DNA from: Nitratidesulfovibrio vulgaris str. Hildenborough
GTDB taxonomy: Bacteria > Desulfobacterota > Desulfovibrionia > Desulfovibrionales > Desulfovibrionaceae
DNA length: 32,000 bases
Reading direction: 5' to 3'
Assembly (NCBI RefSeq): GCF_000195755.1
Contig: NC_002937.3
Span: forward strand, 1,530,001-1,562,000
In this document: positions 18,081 to 26,925 of the stretch, piece by piece
How the letters are laid out: each line of letters starts with the position of its first letter
Numbering within the stretch: position 1 is the first letter of the stretch
The notes under the pieces: model-generated
The model's database searches: none
Told to the model about the DNA's origin: nothing
The model's input: only the letters and a program-made list of their open reading frames with translations
Translations under genes and position numbers: made by a program

Positions 18081-19529
18081 CTACTTTTCGGCTTCGATGG
18101 GAATGGTGCGGAAGAACGTCTGACCGCGACGCTGAATCTGCAACATCACGGCACCCCTGCGCTTGGCGTCCTCCTGCACGACCTTGGCGAGGTCGGCGGT
18201 GCTGTTGACGGGGTGCAGGTTGGCGGAAAGCACCACGTCTCCGGCACGGATGTCGGCATCGGCGGCGGGCCTGCCCTCTTCGACGGCGATGACCAGAAGT
18301 CCCTGCGGCCTGTCGAGTTTGAGGGCGCGGGCCTCTTCGGCGTTGGGCGGGCGTACGGTGAGGCCGAGGCTGCTCGACGCCTGCTGCTTCGATTCAGGGG
18401 TCTGGCGCGGCGTGCCGCCCTGTGCGGCGAGATGTTCCGCCGTGCGTTCGCCGAGGGTGAGGTTGACGGTCTTGGTCTGGCCGTTGCGCCAGAGGGTTAT
18501 CTTGGCCGTCTCACCGGGCTTGAGTGCCGCGACGCGGCGCAGCAGGCGACCGGAGTCGGCTATGTCCTCACCTTCGACCTTGAGCAGGATGTCCCCGGCC
18601 TTGATACCGGCCTTGTCGGCGGGTTCTCCGGGCATCACGGAACCGACGAGGGCACCGCGCGGTTCACCGAGACCGAGCGCACGGGCCGTGTTCTCGTCCA
18701 CATCCTGAATGGTCACGCCTATCCAGCCACGGCGCACCTTCTTGTCGCTCTTGAGCTGGTCGATGATGCGGGCTGCCATGTTGCTGGGGATGGCGAAGCC
18801 GATGCCCTGACCGCTGGCGACGATGGCCGTGTTGATGCCGATGACCTCACCCTTCATGTTGATGAGGGGGCCGCCGCTGTTGCCGGGGTTGATGGAGGCA
18901 TCGGTCTGGAGGAAGTTGTCGAAGGGCCCGGAGCGGATGTCGCGCCCCTTGGCACTGAGGATGCCCGCCGTCACGCTGTGGTCGAGGCCGAAGGGGTTGC
19001 CGATGGCCATCAACCATTCACCCACTTCGAGGCTGTCAGAGTCGCCGAAGCGCAGCACGGGCAGTTGCCGCTTGGCGTCGATCTTGAGCAGGGCGAGGTC
19101 GGTCTCTTCGTCAGTGCCGATAACCTTGGCGTCGTAGGACGCACTCTTGCCCGTCTCGTTCTCGATGTTGACGTGGATGACATCCGCATCGGCGATGACG
19201 TGGTTGTTGGTGACGATGTAGCCGTCCGCCGAGAGGATGAAGCCGGAACCGAGCGAACGCTGCTTCTGCGGGCGCATCTTTCCGTGGAATCTTTCGAACT
19301 GCTCGAAGAACCTGTCGAAGGGCGTCCCTTGCGGGGCGTTGCGGAGCATGTCTCCGAACGGGTTTTCCGGGGCCTGCACGGTCTTCTCCGTGCTGATGTT
19401 GACGACAGCGGCACCGGCGTTCTTCGCCAGTTCCCTGAAATCCGGAAGACTTGCCGCCTGTGCGGTGGATGACAGGACCACCGCCACCATGAGCAGCAGC
19501 AATGCGAAATAGCGGGGGGTACGTACCAT
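18081..19529 (-). CDS. htrA: Periplasmic serine endoprotease HtrA/DegP/DegQ family (trypsin-like domain + 2 PDZ)
   Basis: It has a signal peptide (MVRTPRYFALLLLMVAVVLSSTAQA), TNNHV (His), DLALLK (Asp) and GNSGGPL (Ser), followed by two PDZ-like regions. The start was trimmed to ATG 19529 with GAAGGAG upstream. Confidence 0.9.
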   Translation of the reverse strand: MVRTPRYFALLLLMVAVVLSSTAQAASLPDFRELAKNAGAAVVNISTEKTVQAPENPFGDMLRNAPQGTPFDRFFEQFERFHGKMRPQKQRSLGSGFILSADGYIVTNNHVIADADVIHVNIENETGKSASYDAKVIGTDEETDLALLKIDAKRQLPVLRFGDSDSLEVGEWLMAIGNPFGLDHSVTAGILSAKGRDIRSGPFDNFLQTDASINPGNSGGPLINMKGEVIGINTAIVASGQGIGFAIPSNMAARIIDQLKSDKKVRRGWIGVTIQDVDENTARALGLGEPRGALVGSVMPGEPADKAGIKAGDILLKVEGEDIADSGRLLRRVAALKPGETAKITLWRNGQTKTVNLTLGERTAEHLAAQGGTPRQTPESKQQASSSLGLTVRPPNAEEARALKLDRPQGLLVIAVEEGRPAADADIRAGDVVLSANLHPVNSTADLAKVVQEDAKRRGAVMLQIQRRGQTFFRTIPIEAEK

Positions 19530-19638
19530 GCGGTAGCTCCTTCTAGGGCCTGAATGCCGGTTCATTCCGGCGGGGCTTCGCAAAATAATAGGTAATCGCC
19601 GTCGGATGTAAACACTGTTTTTCAGGCAGAACGAAGAC

Positions 19639-19665
19639 GGGGGCCATGCCTCTGGCATGACCCCC
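19639..19665 (-). terminator. Hairpin downstream of the S1-domain gene
   Basis: GGGGGCCATGCC-tct-GGCATGACCCCC. The single C.A mismatch on the plus strand becomes a G.U pair on the minus-strand RNA, which favours minus-strand function. A T-rich stretch follows on the minus strand. Confidence 0.45.
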
Positions 19666-19689
19666 GCTGAGGATGTCTTTTGGATCCGG

Positions 19690-21153
19690 CTACTTGCGCT
19701 TCTGCATTGCGGCCTGAAGAGCCGCGCCGAGCGAGCCGAGTTGGGGCTTTTCCTTGCGGGGTGCGAACTGCTTCCACGAGCCGTCGTCGCCGCCATGACC
19801 TGCATCGCCGACGGGGGCGAGGGTTATGCGGCGGGTCTCGGCCGAGATGTCCCGCACGGTCAGCGTCACGCTGTCACCGGCGTTCAGCTTGCTCAAGCTC
19901 GCGCCCTGACCGGAGGACTTGATGATGCCTTCGGGCAGCAGTCCCGTCAGACCGGGGGCGATGTTGACGAACAGGCCGAACTGGGCGCGCTTCTCGACGG
20001 TGCCCGTCACCTGTGTGCCGGGGGCGAAACGCTCGGTGGCGTCGGCCCACGGGTCGCCTTCGGCGTCGCGCAGGCTGAGGGATATGCGGCGCTTGGCGAC
20101 GTCGAGTTCCTTGATCTTGACGTTGACGGCATCGCCAACGGCGACGATTTCCTCGGGCTTGTTCACCCGGCGCGTCCACGACATCTCGGAGACGTGCACA
20201 AGGCCCTCCACGCCGGGAAGCACTTCGACGAACGCACCGAACGGGGCGAGGCGCACCACCTTGGCGGGTACGACCTGATCCTGTTCGAGGCGGTCGCCCA
20301 CGGTCTCCCACGGGTCGCCGCCTGCCTGCTTCACGGACAGGGAGATGCGGGTGCCCTTGCCCTTGGGTGCTTCGCCGATGCCCAGCACCTTGACGCGTAC
20401 GCGGTCACCCACGGACACGGCTTCATCAGCCTGTGCCACGCGCGACCACGTCAGTTCGGAGATGTGCACCATGCCATCCACGCCGGGGGCGATTTCGACA
20501 AAGGCGCCGAACGGGGCGAGGCGGGTGACCGTGCCTTCGAGCACGTCGCCTTCCTTGACCCCTTCGAGGAAGGTGGCGAGTGCGGCGTCGCGTTCGCGTT
20601 CGAGCAGAGCCCTGCGCGAGACCACGATGTTGCGACCGTGCTGTTCCACGCGGGTGACGAGGAACTGGAAGGTCTGTCCCACCACGGACTCGGCGTCCTC
20701 AAGCTGGTGCAGGTCTATCTGGCTGCCGGGGCAGAAGGCGCGCTTGCGAAGCACGTCGACGTTGTAGCCCCCCTTGCAGGTTCCGGTTACACGGCCTTCG
20801 ACGGGCACGCCCGAATCGCGTGCCTCTTCGAGGACGGCAGCGCCGCCCTGACCGGAAAGGCCCTTGGAAAGGCGTATCTCCTGTCCGTTCACGGCGGTGA
20901 CGTACAAATCGACGCGGTCGCCCACGGCATAGGGGAGAGACCCGTCCGCCTCCTCAAGTTCGCGGCGGTCGATGACGCCGTCGACCTTTGAACCGGTGGC
21001 GACGAAGACGGAGTCGTCGGTGATGGCGACGATGGCGGCGCTGATGCGGTCGCCGGGGCGAACATTCCGGGTGCCGCCCGCATGAGCCTCAAGCAGTTCG
21101 GCGAAGCTGGCGCTCTCGTCCAGTTCCGGAGTGTCTATGGGTTCCCCAGTCAT
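19690..21153 (-). CDS. rpsA: Ribosomal protein S1-like protein (multiple S1 RNA-binding domains)
   Basis: 487 aa with repeated S1 OB-fold signatures: G..V.G.V....PFGAFVE..PGV.G.VH.SE (x3-4) and related repeats. Confidence 0.8.
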   Translation of the reverse strand: MTGEPIDTPELDESASFAELLEAHAGGTRNVRPGDRISAAIVAITDDSVFVATGSKVDGVIDRRELEEADGSLPYAVGDRVDLYVTAVNGQEIRLSKGLSGQGGAAVLEEARDSGVPVEGRVTGTCKGGYNVDVLRKRAFCPGSQIDLHQLEDAESVVGQTFQFLVTRVEQHGRNIVVSRRALLERERDAALATFLEGVKEGDVLEGTVTRLAPFGAFVEIAPGVDGMVHISELTWSRVAQADEAVSVGDRVRVKVLGIGEAPKGKGTRISLSVKQAGGDPWETVGDRLEQDQVVPAKVVRLAPFGAFVEVLPGVEGLVHVSEMSWTRRVNKPEEIVAVGDAVNVKIKELDVAKRRISLSLRDAEGDPWADATERFAPGTQVTGTVEKRAQFGLFVNIAPGLTGLLPEGIIKSSGQGASLSKLNAGDSVTLTVRDISAETRRITLAPVGDAGHGGDDGSWKQFAPRKEKPQLGSLGAALQAAMQKRK

Positions 21154-21306
21154 TGCTCGTTTCTCCTTCGAAATGGTATCCCCGCCGTGGCAGGAGTGGT
21201 CTGTTTACCAATGAGAGGTTGCGTAGGCAAGTGAACATGGCGGTTGCAACCGCTCTTGGCGCATGCAATACTCAATATAATTATGTTTCGATAGGAAGGA
21301 GGCTAC

Positions 21307-21591
21307 ATGCTTAAGGCAAGAGCAAGGCACATTCTCGTGCCGACGGAAGAGGCGTGCAACGAACTCAAGACCCGAATCGAGGGTGGCGAGGACTTCGCCG
21401 AAGTGGCGCGCGCGTCTTCGCGTTGTCCGTCCGGCAAGCGCGGCGGCGACCTCGGGGAGTTCCCCCGTGGTGCCATGGTGCCGGAATTCGACGAAGCCGT
21501 GTTCACGGGTGAGGTCGGCAAGGTGCTCGGTCCCATCCGTACCCAGTTCGGTTATCATCTGGTAGAGGTGACTTCCCGCTCGGGAGAATAG
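21307..21591 (+). CDS. ppiC: Parvulin-type peptidyl-prolyl cis-trans isomerase (PpiC/Par10-like)
   Basis: 94 aa. ARHILV...CPSGKRGGDLGEF..G.MVPEFD...TQFGYHLVEV is near-colinear with E. coli PpiC. A GGAAGGAGG RBS lies upstream. Confidence 0.88.
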   Translation: MLKARARHILVPTEEACNELKTRIEGGEDFAEVARASSRCPSGKRGGDLGEFPRGAMVPEFDEAVFTGEVGKVLGPIRTQFGYHLVEVTSRSGE

Positions 21592-21663
21592 CCCGACCAC
21601 CCGCCGGAAGAGTCGTTCAGCGGGGGGCGAGAATCGCCTCCCGCCCGTTATGGAGGGCTGTAT

Positions 21664-22092
21664 ATGGCGAATCTCAAGCTTTGGCGAAGCGAAGAGCTGC
21701 AACGGCTCAAAGAGGAGAGCGACATGCTCTTCGACAGGCTTTGCACCAGCTTCGGCCTGCCTTCGGTGTGCCGTCCCCTGCTTGAACAGGCCATGCACAT
21801 CTACGATACCCCGGAGGCTGTCGTCGTGGAGGCGACTCTGCCCGGAGTCTCTGCCGAAGACCTCGATATCACCATCAGTGGCGCCATGCTCGTCGTCAGG
21901 TGTGCCCATGCGGGCAGTTGCAGTCCCGATGGAACGAGCAGCACGCTTGAAAGCCGTTTCTCCCTGCCGTGCAAGGTGCGCACCGACGATGTGGAGGCTG
22001 AACTCGACAACGACGTGTTGCGTATCACCATGCCCAAGTGCCGCCGTCCAGAGGCGCGCCGTATCCCCGTCAAGCCGCGTGCGGCATCATGA
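21664..22092 (+). CDS. Hsp20/alpha-crystallin family small heat-shock protein
   Basis: 142 aa. The alpha-crystallin domain pattern is present: DTPEAVVVEATLPGVSAEDLDITISGAMLVV...FSLPCKVRTDDVEAELDNDVLRITMPK. Confidence 0.8.
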   Translation: MANLKLWRSEELQRLKEESDMLFDRLCTSFGLPSVCRPLLEQAMHIYDTPEAVVVEATLPGVSAEDLDITISGAMLVVRCAHAGSCSPDGTSSTLESRFSLPCKVRTDDVEAELDNDVLRITMPKCRRPEARRIPVKPRAAS

Positions 22093-22106
22093 ACGTGGAG
22101 GCCCCT

Positions 22107-24554
22107 ATGAGCATACCCGGTGCCATTTCCCCATTGGCTGTCGAACAGCTGCGCTGGACTGTAGACCCTTCTTCCCTTCCCTTTTCGACCACGTCCGACT
22201 TGTCAGCCCATGACGGCATCATCGGTCAGCGCCGCGGCGTAGAGGCGTTCCGCTTCGGTATGGGGATGGACGGGCGTGGGTACAACATCTTCGTCACCGG
22301 CGCCTCGGGCATAGGCAAGCTCGCCATGACCCGCCAGTTGCTGCAACAGGCGGGGGGGGGCGTCGTGCCGGACGACCTCTGCTACGTCAACAACTTCACC
22401 GTGCCCGAAGAACCTGTGTTGCTGCGTTTCCCCGCCGGGCGGGGCAAGCGGTTCAAGGCTGATGTGCAGGCGTTTCTCGACACCATCAAGCGCGACATCC
22501 CGCAACTTTTCGAGAGTCAGGAGTACATCAACAGCAAGAACGAGATCATCGAGACGCATGACCGGAAGACCCGCGATTTTTTCAAGAACCTCGAGGCCAA
22601 GGTCAAGGACGCCGGATTCGTCCTCGTGAACATGCAGATGGGGCAGGTGCAGCGGCCCGACATCGTCCCCATGGTGGACGGAGAACCCGTGCACCTGCTC
22701 AAGCTGGAGGAGATGGCCGAGAAGGGGCGCTTCCCCCGCGAAGAACTGGTGCAGTTGCAGGCCAAGTACAAGGTGCTCAAGGAGGAGATAGACACCATAT
22801 TCCTTGAGGTGCGTGAATTGCAGAAGGAGGTCAAACGCAAGAGCGAAGAGGTGGACAGGCTCATGTTCCTCAACGCCGCGCGCGACCTCGCCCGTCCGCT
22901 TTTCGCTGAATACGCCGAGGAGAAGGTCGTCGCGCACTTCGAGGGCATGTTGCAGCACATGTCCGACAATCTCGACGCCCTGCGCGCCATGGGGCAGCCC
23001 CAGCAAGGGCCCATGGGCATGTTCGTGCCCGTCACGGCAGAGAGTGTGCTGCATGACTATCAGGTGAACCTTCTCGTCGACAATTCCGGGCTTGAAGGTC
23101 CCCCCATCATCTTCGAGTCGTACCCTACGTACCGCAAGCTCTTCGGCAGCATAGAGCGCGCCATGGACAGGTCTGGCCTGTGGCGTACGGATTTCACCAA
23201 GATCAACGCCGGGTCGTTCGTCAGGGCCAACGGTGGCTATCTGGTGCTCAACCTCATGGATGCCATCTCCGAACCGGGAGTCTGGCAGACGCTCAAGCGG
23301 GCACTCAAGACCTCTGAAATCGAGATACAGACCTTCGACCCCTACTACTTCATCACGGCGCAGGGCCTCAAGCCGGAACCCGTGAAGATGGAAGTGAAGG
23401 TCGTGGTGCTTGCCACTCCGCAACTCTACCACATGCTGCGCCACTACGACCCCGAGGTCACCAAGATATTCAAGGTGTGGGCGGACTTCGATTCGGTGAT
23501 GAACCGTGACGACGCCGCTGTGGAGGCAGTCACGCGGCTCATGGCCTCGTTCGCGAACGAGCGCAAGCTCATGCCTTTCGGGCGTGAAGCCGTCGCCCTC
23601 TTGCTTGAGCACAGCGTCCGGCTTGCCGGACGGCGTGAGAAGATGTCCACCACCTTCCCGGCCCTTTGCGACATCATGGAAGAGGCGCATTTCTTCGCCC
23701 ATGCCGCCGCGGCGGAGACCGTCGGGGCAACGCATGTGCGTGATGCCATCCTCGCGCGGCGCGACAGGGCGGGGCAGTATGAAGAGAAGGTCCAGGAGAT
23801 GATCGACCGTGGCAGCGTGTTCATCGACACGGAAGGTGCCGTGGTCGGTCAGGTCAACGGCCTTGCCGTGTTCGGCGTGGGAGACCACATGTTCGGTAAG
23901 CCCACGCGCATCACCGCCACAACGGCCATGGGGCGCGAGGGCATCATCAACATCGAGCGCGAGTCCGACCTTTCCGGTGCCATCCATAACAAGGGCATGC
24001 TCATCCTCGCAGGCTTCCTGCGCCGCCGCTTCGCGCAGGACAAGCCGCTGACTCTGGCTGCGTCCATCGCCTTCGAACAGTCCTATGGTGGTGTGGATGG
24101 CGACTCCGCCTCCAGTACCGAGCTTTACGCCATCCTTTCCAGCCTCGCCGGAGTACCGCTTTCGCAGGGGATAGCGGTGACGGGGTCCGTCAACCAGAAG
24201 GGCGAGGTGCAGCCCATAGGCGGTGTGAACGAGAAGATTGAAGGCTTCTTCGAGTGCTGCCGACGTAACGGTCTCACTGATGGACAGGGGGTGATGATTC
24301 CGGCTGCCAACGTGGGCGACCTCATGCTGGACGAAGACGTCATGGAAGCTGTGCGTGAGGGGCGGTTCCACATATGGGCCGTGAAGACCATTGAAGAAGG
24401 CATCGAATTGCTGACCGGAATGCCTGCGGGCGTGCGGGGTGAGGATGGCACGTTCCCCGACGGGACCCTCTTCGCCCTAGCCGATGCGCGGCTGCGTGCC
24501 CTCGCCGAAGGGCTGAAGGCCTTTGGCGAGAAGAAGGATGATGCCCAGGCATAG
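22107..24554 (+). CDS. Lon-like (LonB/COG1067-type) AAA+ protease
   Basis: It has Walker A VTGASGIGK and a large helical insert. The C-terminal S16 protease domain carries GVDGDSASSTELYAILSSL (Ser) and PIGGVNEKIEGFF (Lys). I prefer ATG 22107 (GGAGG 5 nt upstream). An alternative ATG at 22089 overlaps the hsp20 stop as ATGA. Confidence 0.85.
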   Translation: MSIPGAISPLAVEQLRWTVDPSSLPFSTTSDLSAHDGIIGQRRGVEAFRFGMGMDGRGYNIFVTGASGIGKLAMTRQLLQQAGGGVVPDDLCYVNNFTVPEEPVLLRFPAGRGKRFKADVQAFLDTIKRDIPQLFESQEYINSKNEIIETHDRKTRDFFKNLEAKVKDAGFVLVNMQMGQVQRPDIVPMVDGEPVHLLKLEEMAEKGRFPREELVQLQAKYKVLKEEIDTIFLEVRELQKEVKRKSEEVDRLMFLNAARDLARPLFAEYAEEKVVAHFEGMLQHMSDNLDALRAMGQPQQGPMGMFVPVTAESVLHDYQVNLLVDNSGLEGPPIIFESYPTYRKLFGSIERAMDRSGLWRTDFTKINAGSFVRANGGYLVLNLMDAISEPGVWQTLKRALKTSEIEIQTFDPYYFITAQGLKPEPVKMEVKVVVLATPQLYHMLRHYDPEVTKIFKVWADFDSVMNRDDAAVEAVTRLMASFANERKLMPFGREAVALLLEHSVRLAGRREKMSTTFPALCDIMEEAHFFAHAAAAETVGATHVRDAILARRDRAGQYEEKVQEMIDRGSVFIDTEGAVVGQVNGLAVFGVGDHMFGKPTRITATTAMGREGIINIERESDLSGAIHNKGMLILAGFLRRRFAQDKPLTLAASIAFEQSYGGVDGDSASSTELYAILSSLAGVPLSQGIAVTGSVNQKGEVQPIGGVNEKIEGFFECCRRNGLTDGQGVMIPAANVGDLMLDEDVMEAVREGRFHIWAVKTIEEGIELLTGMPAGVRGEDGTFPDGTLFALADARLRALAEGLKAFGEKKDDAQA

Positions 24555-24575
24555 GCATACGTCTGGTTGATGATG

Positions 24576-24597
24576 CAGGGGGGCAGGTGCCCCCCTG
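24576..24597 (+). terminator. Hairpin after the Lon-like gene
   Basis: CAGGGGGG-caggtg-CCCCCCTG followed by ttg. A second weaker hairpin, GCCCCG...CGGGGC+TTTCTG, lies at about 24613-24645. Confidence 0.45.
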
Positions 24598-24875
24598 TTG
24601 CGGACACGTCGATGCGCCCCGTCTTTTTCAAGGCGGGGCTTTCTGCTGTACGGTCACCCCTGTTTCTGGAGCCAGTTCATTGTCAGCAGGGGGGCTGAAG
24701 GTGGTGGCTGCCGATGTGGGCCTGTGGCTGCTGCCAGCGTTCCCATGCTGACAGGCGCGATAGAAGAAAGGCGTCACCCTTCAAGGAATGACGCCAGAGA
24801 TGAAGTCGCAACGGAATGGCAGTATGAGGTGATGCCGGAGAGAGACCCGAAAGATGCGTAAGGATGTGAGGGTGG

Positions 24876-25124
24876 CTAGCTTCCCTGCGGCACGCCAAGC
24901 ATCGGCAACCCGCCGGATACGAGGGCCATGAATCGCCGCGCGGACTGACGTTCTACAGGGTCGAGGTCATTCCAGCGACGTGCATGGTTGTGAATACAGA
25001 CTCCGTCAGCCTCGACATCGACGTACAGCATGCGTTCCACATCCGCTTCAATCTCGATGCGTTCCCCTGAATGTGTGACGAGCACCAACTGCACCTGCCT
25101 GTACGGAAAAAGGTCTTTAGTCAT
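24876..25124 (-). CDS. Hypothetical 82-aa protein
   Basis: This is the inner part of track ORF 24876..25295, starting at ATG 25124 (MTKDLFPYRQVQLVLVTHSGERIEIE...) with GGAG upstream. I recognise no family, and the GC content is lower than in the core genes. Confidence 0.4.
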   Translation of the reverse strand: MTKDLFPYRQVQLVLVTHSGERIEIEADVERMLYVDVEADGVCIHNHARRWNDLDPVERQSARRFMALVSGGLPMLGVPQGS

Positions 25125-25563
25125 ACCTGGCCACTCCGGTACTGATAGGAGGTGAAGAAACCTCTTTATGTTTACCACATGTGGAATACGAGACAAGGTG
25201 TATACGCGATGCACCATGGGACTTGTGAAAAAAACAACGACCTGTTTGTACGGTGAGTTGTGGCTAGGTGAGCTTGATTGAACGATGGTGCACACGGCAC
25301 TAAGCGCATGTTACATGCGATTGTGAAAAAAATAGCCAGACTGTAGTGTTTGTTCGCGCATTCAACATGGTCCGGGCGGGGTGTGAAAGGGCGGCATGAC
25401 CTTTCGTGCCGAACAGTTGTCACGACTGTGACGTCATGGCGTCCGGTATGTTCTGCCTCATGAAGGTGGTTTATTTGCGTTCTGTTCTGTGGCATGGCTC
25501 AAATCGAGGACGAGACAGAAACGCGCGGGCATCATGGCTGCCCGTCAGCACCGGAGGTTCATT

Positions 25564-26241
25564 ATGCAACTTGCTCACAATCTGCTTTCAGAGCGGCTCG
25601 ATACCCTGCGGTCACGGCTGTTGATCATGCTCGACGGGGCAGAGAAGGCCGTTTCGAACTGCGTATGGGCCTATCTCCGGCGCGATGAACGGCTTGCCTG
25701 GGATGTGGCTGCCCATGATTTCGCCATCAACGACCTCGAAGTGGAAATCGACGAACTGAGTCTGCAACTTCTGGCGCGTGAAGCGCCTCTTGCGCAGGAT
25801 TTGCGAACCATCATCGCCACGATGCGCATCTCGAACGATGTGGAACGTATCGCCGACGAGGCTGCCAATGTCGCAGAGCGCGCCTTGCCGCTGGTGTCGC
25901 TGCCTGTGTTGCCTTTCGGTGACCTCTTCACGCCTTTTGCTGAAAGCGTGCTCGCGCAGGTGCGTTTTGCGTGCGCAGCTGTCCGCGATATGGACCCCGA
26001 TGCCGCGCAACGCCTTCGTGACATGGATGAGGAGGTCGACTTCGGTCTGTATGAACTCTCCACGGCTGTCGTCGCCTTCATGAAAGAGAATCCTGAAGCC
26101 ATGGAACGGGCGTTGTCGTTCCTTATCATGGCGCGACGCCTTGAACGCATCGCCGACCTTGCGACCAACATCGGTGAAAGCGTCTACTTCGCTGTGCGCG
26201 GCATCAATGCCAAACACGCCAGCGTTGAATGCGTGGAGTAG
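25564..26241 (+). CDS. phoU: PhoU-family phosphate-signalling regulator (orphan, no pst genes nearby)
   Basis: Two PhoU repeats carry the conserved ISNDVERIADEAANVAER and ARRLERIADLATNIGE motifs. The start was moved to ATG 25564 with GGAGG 6 nt upstream. Confidence 0.85.
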   Translation: MQLAHNLLSERLDTLRSRLLIMLDGAEKAVSNCVWAYLRRDERLAWDVAAHDFAINDLEVEIDELSLQLLAREAPLAQDLRTIIATMRISNDVERIADEAANVAERALPLVSLPVLPFGDLFTPFAESVLAQVRFACAAVRDMDPDAAQRLRDMDEEVDFGLYELSTAVVAFMKENPEAMERALSFLIMARRLERIADLATNIGESVYFAVRGINAKHASVECVE

Positions 26242-26323
26242 CGGCGACGCGGGTGTGCGTTTTCTGTGTGCGTTGACGAGAGTCTCGCAACATGGCGTTG
26301 TTGATAGATGTGTGAATGAAATC

Positions 26324-26362
26324 AGCCCCCGTCCCGGAGATGACGTCTCCGTGGCGGGGGCT
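26324..26362 (+). terminator. Compound hairpin after phoU
   Basis: AGCCCCCG-tc-CCGGAGA-tgacg-TCTCCG-tgg-CGGGGGCT followed by tggtttg, which is a weak U-tract. Confidence 0.5.
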
Positions 26363-26429
26363 TGGTTTGCTACGTTCTAGGACGTTCCCGCAAAGAAAAG
26401 CAGATGCGATGAGTGGATGAATACTTTAA

Positions 26430-26463
26430 AAGACCCCGGAAACATTCGTGTTTCCGGGGTCTT
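26430..26463 (-). terminator. Perfect 15-bp hairpin with a 4-nt loop (ttcg on the plus strand, CGAA on the minus-strand RNA); U-tract only on the minus strand
   Basis: AAGACCCCGGAAACA-ttcg-TGTTTCCGGGGTCTT. On the minus strand the stem runs into TTTTAAAG. On the plus strand it is followed by gcattctg, which has no T-run. Confidence 0.5.
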
Positions 26464-26925
26464 GCATTCTGTATGGCGGAGAGGGTGTCCGCTAAACATG
26501 GTTTATAGTTGTCTGTTTTAGCTTGATTTTGATGTTTTGTATTTTGGTAGTTGCCCCCAAGGTTGCCCCATAAGGGTGGTGACTTCTGTAGCCTTCGTGC
26601 TTGTGGCTATGTCGGTCTCCTTGCTGGTGGTTGATGACGCGTTGCAACCTCATCGCTATCCCAACGGAGTAAAGCATGGCCACTTCCTTTTGAAGGGCCA
26701 ACTGTCAGGTAATAACAAGATTAAATCACCAGACGCAGCCGTGGTGTGCATCCATATCGGCTCTTGCCTTCGCCCTTGCTATTGGGGTAATCCACTCATT
26801 GATGTTCAATCGTTCTTCCTAGAAGTGTGAGCCTATTGCTTTGCGGCGTCGCGGCTCCTCCTCTGGGGTTCGCCTTCGGTCTTGGTAGGCCGGGCGAAGC
26901 GCATCAGGTCGCAGGAAGGGTGAGT

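Noticed and set aside
21253-21281. A sigma-70 promoter for ppiC: perfect TATAAT at 21276-21281.
   Set aside because: No acceptable -35 (CTCTTG at best) sits at 16-18 bp spacing. It is plausible, but not supported well enough to list as a feature.
25418-25436. A Pho box upstream of phoU: TGTCAC ... TGTGAC.
   Set aside because: The half-site spacing is 9 bp rather than the 11-bp period of PhoB boxes. It is kept only as a generic inverted-repeat observation.
26492-26830. The 69-aa minus-strand and 97-aa plus-strand ORFs in the coding-free tract, plus 26904..27113 (-).
   Set aside because: I saw no Shine-Dalgarno for them. Their composition is odd (His/Gln/Lys-rich or Cys/Val-rich), they overlap one another, and I recognised no motif. 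I looked in particular for tyrosine-recombinase or transposase remnants in the frames I translated and saw none.
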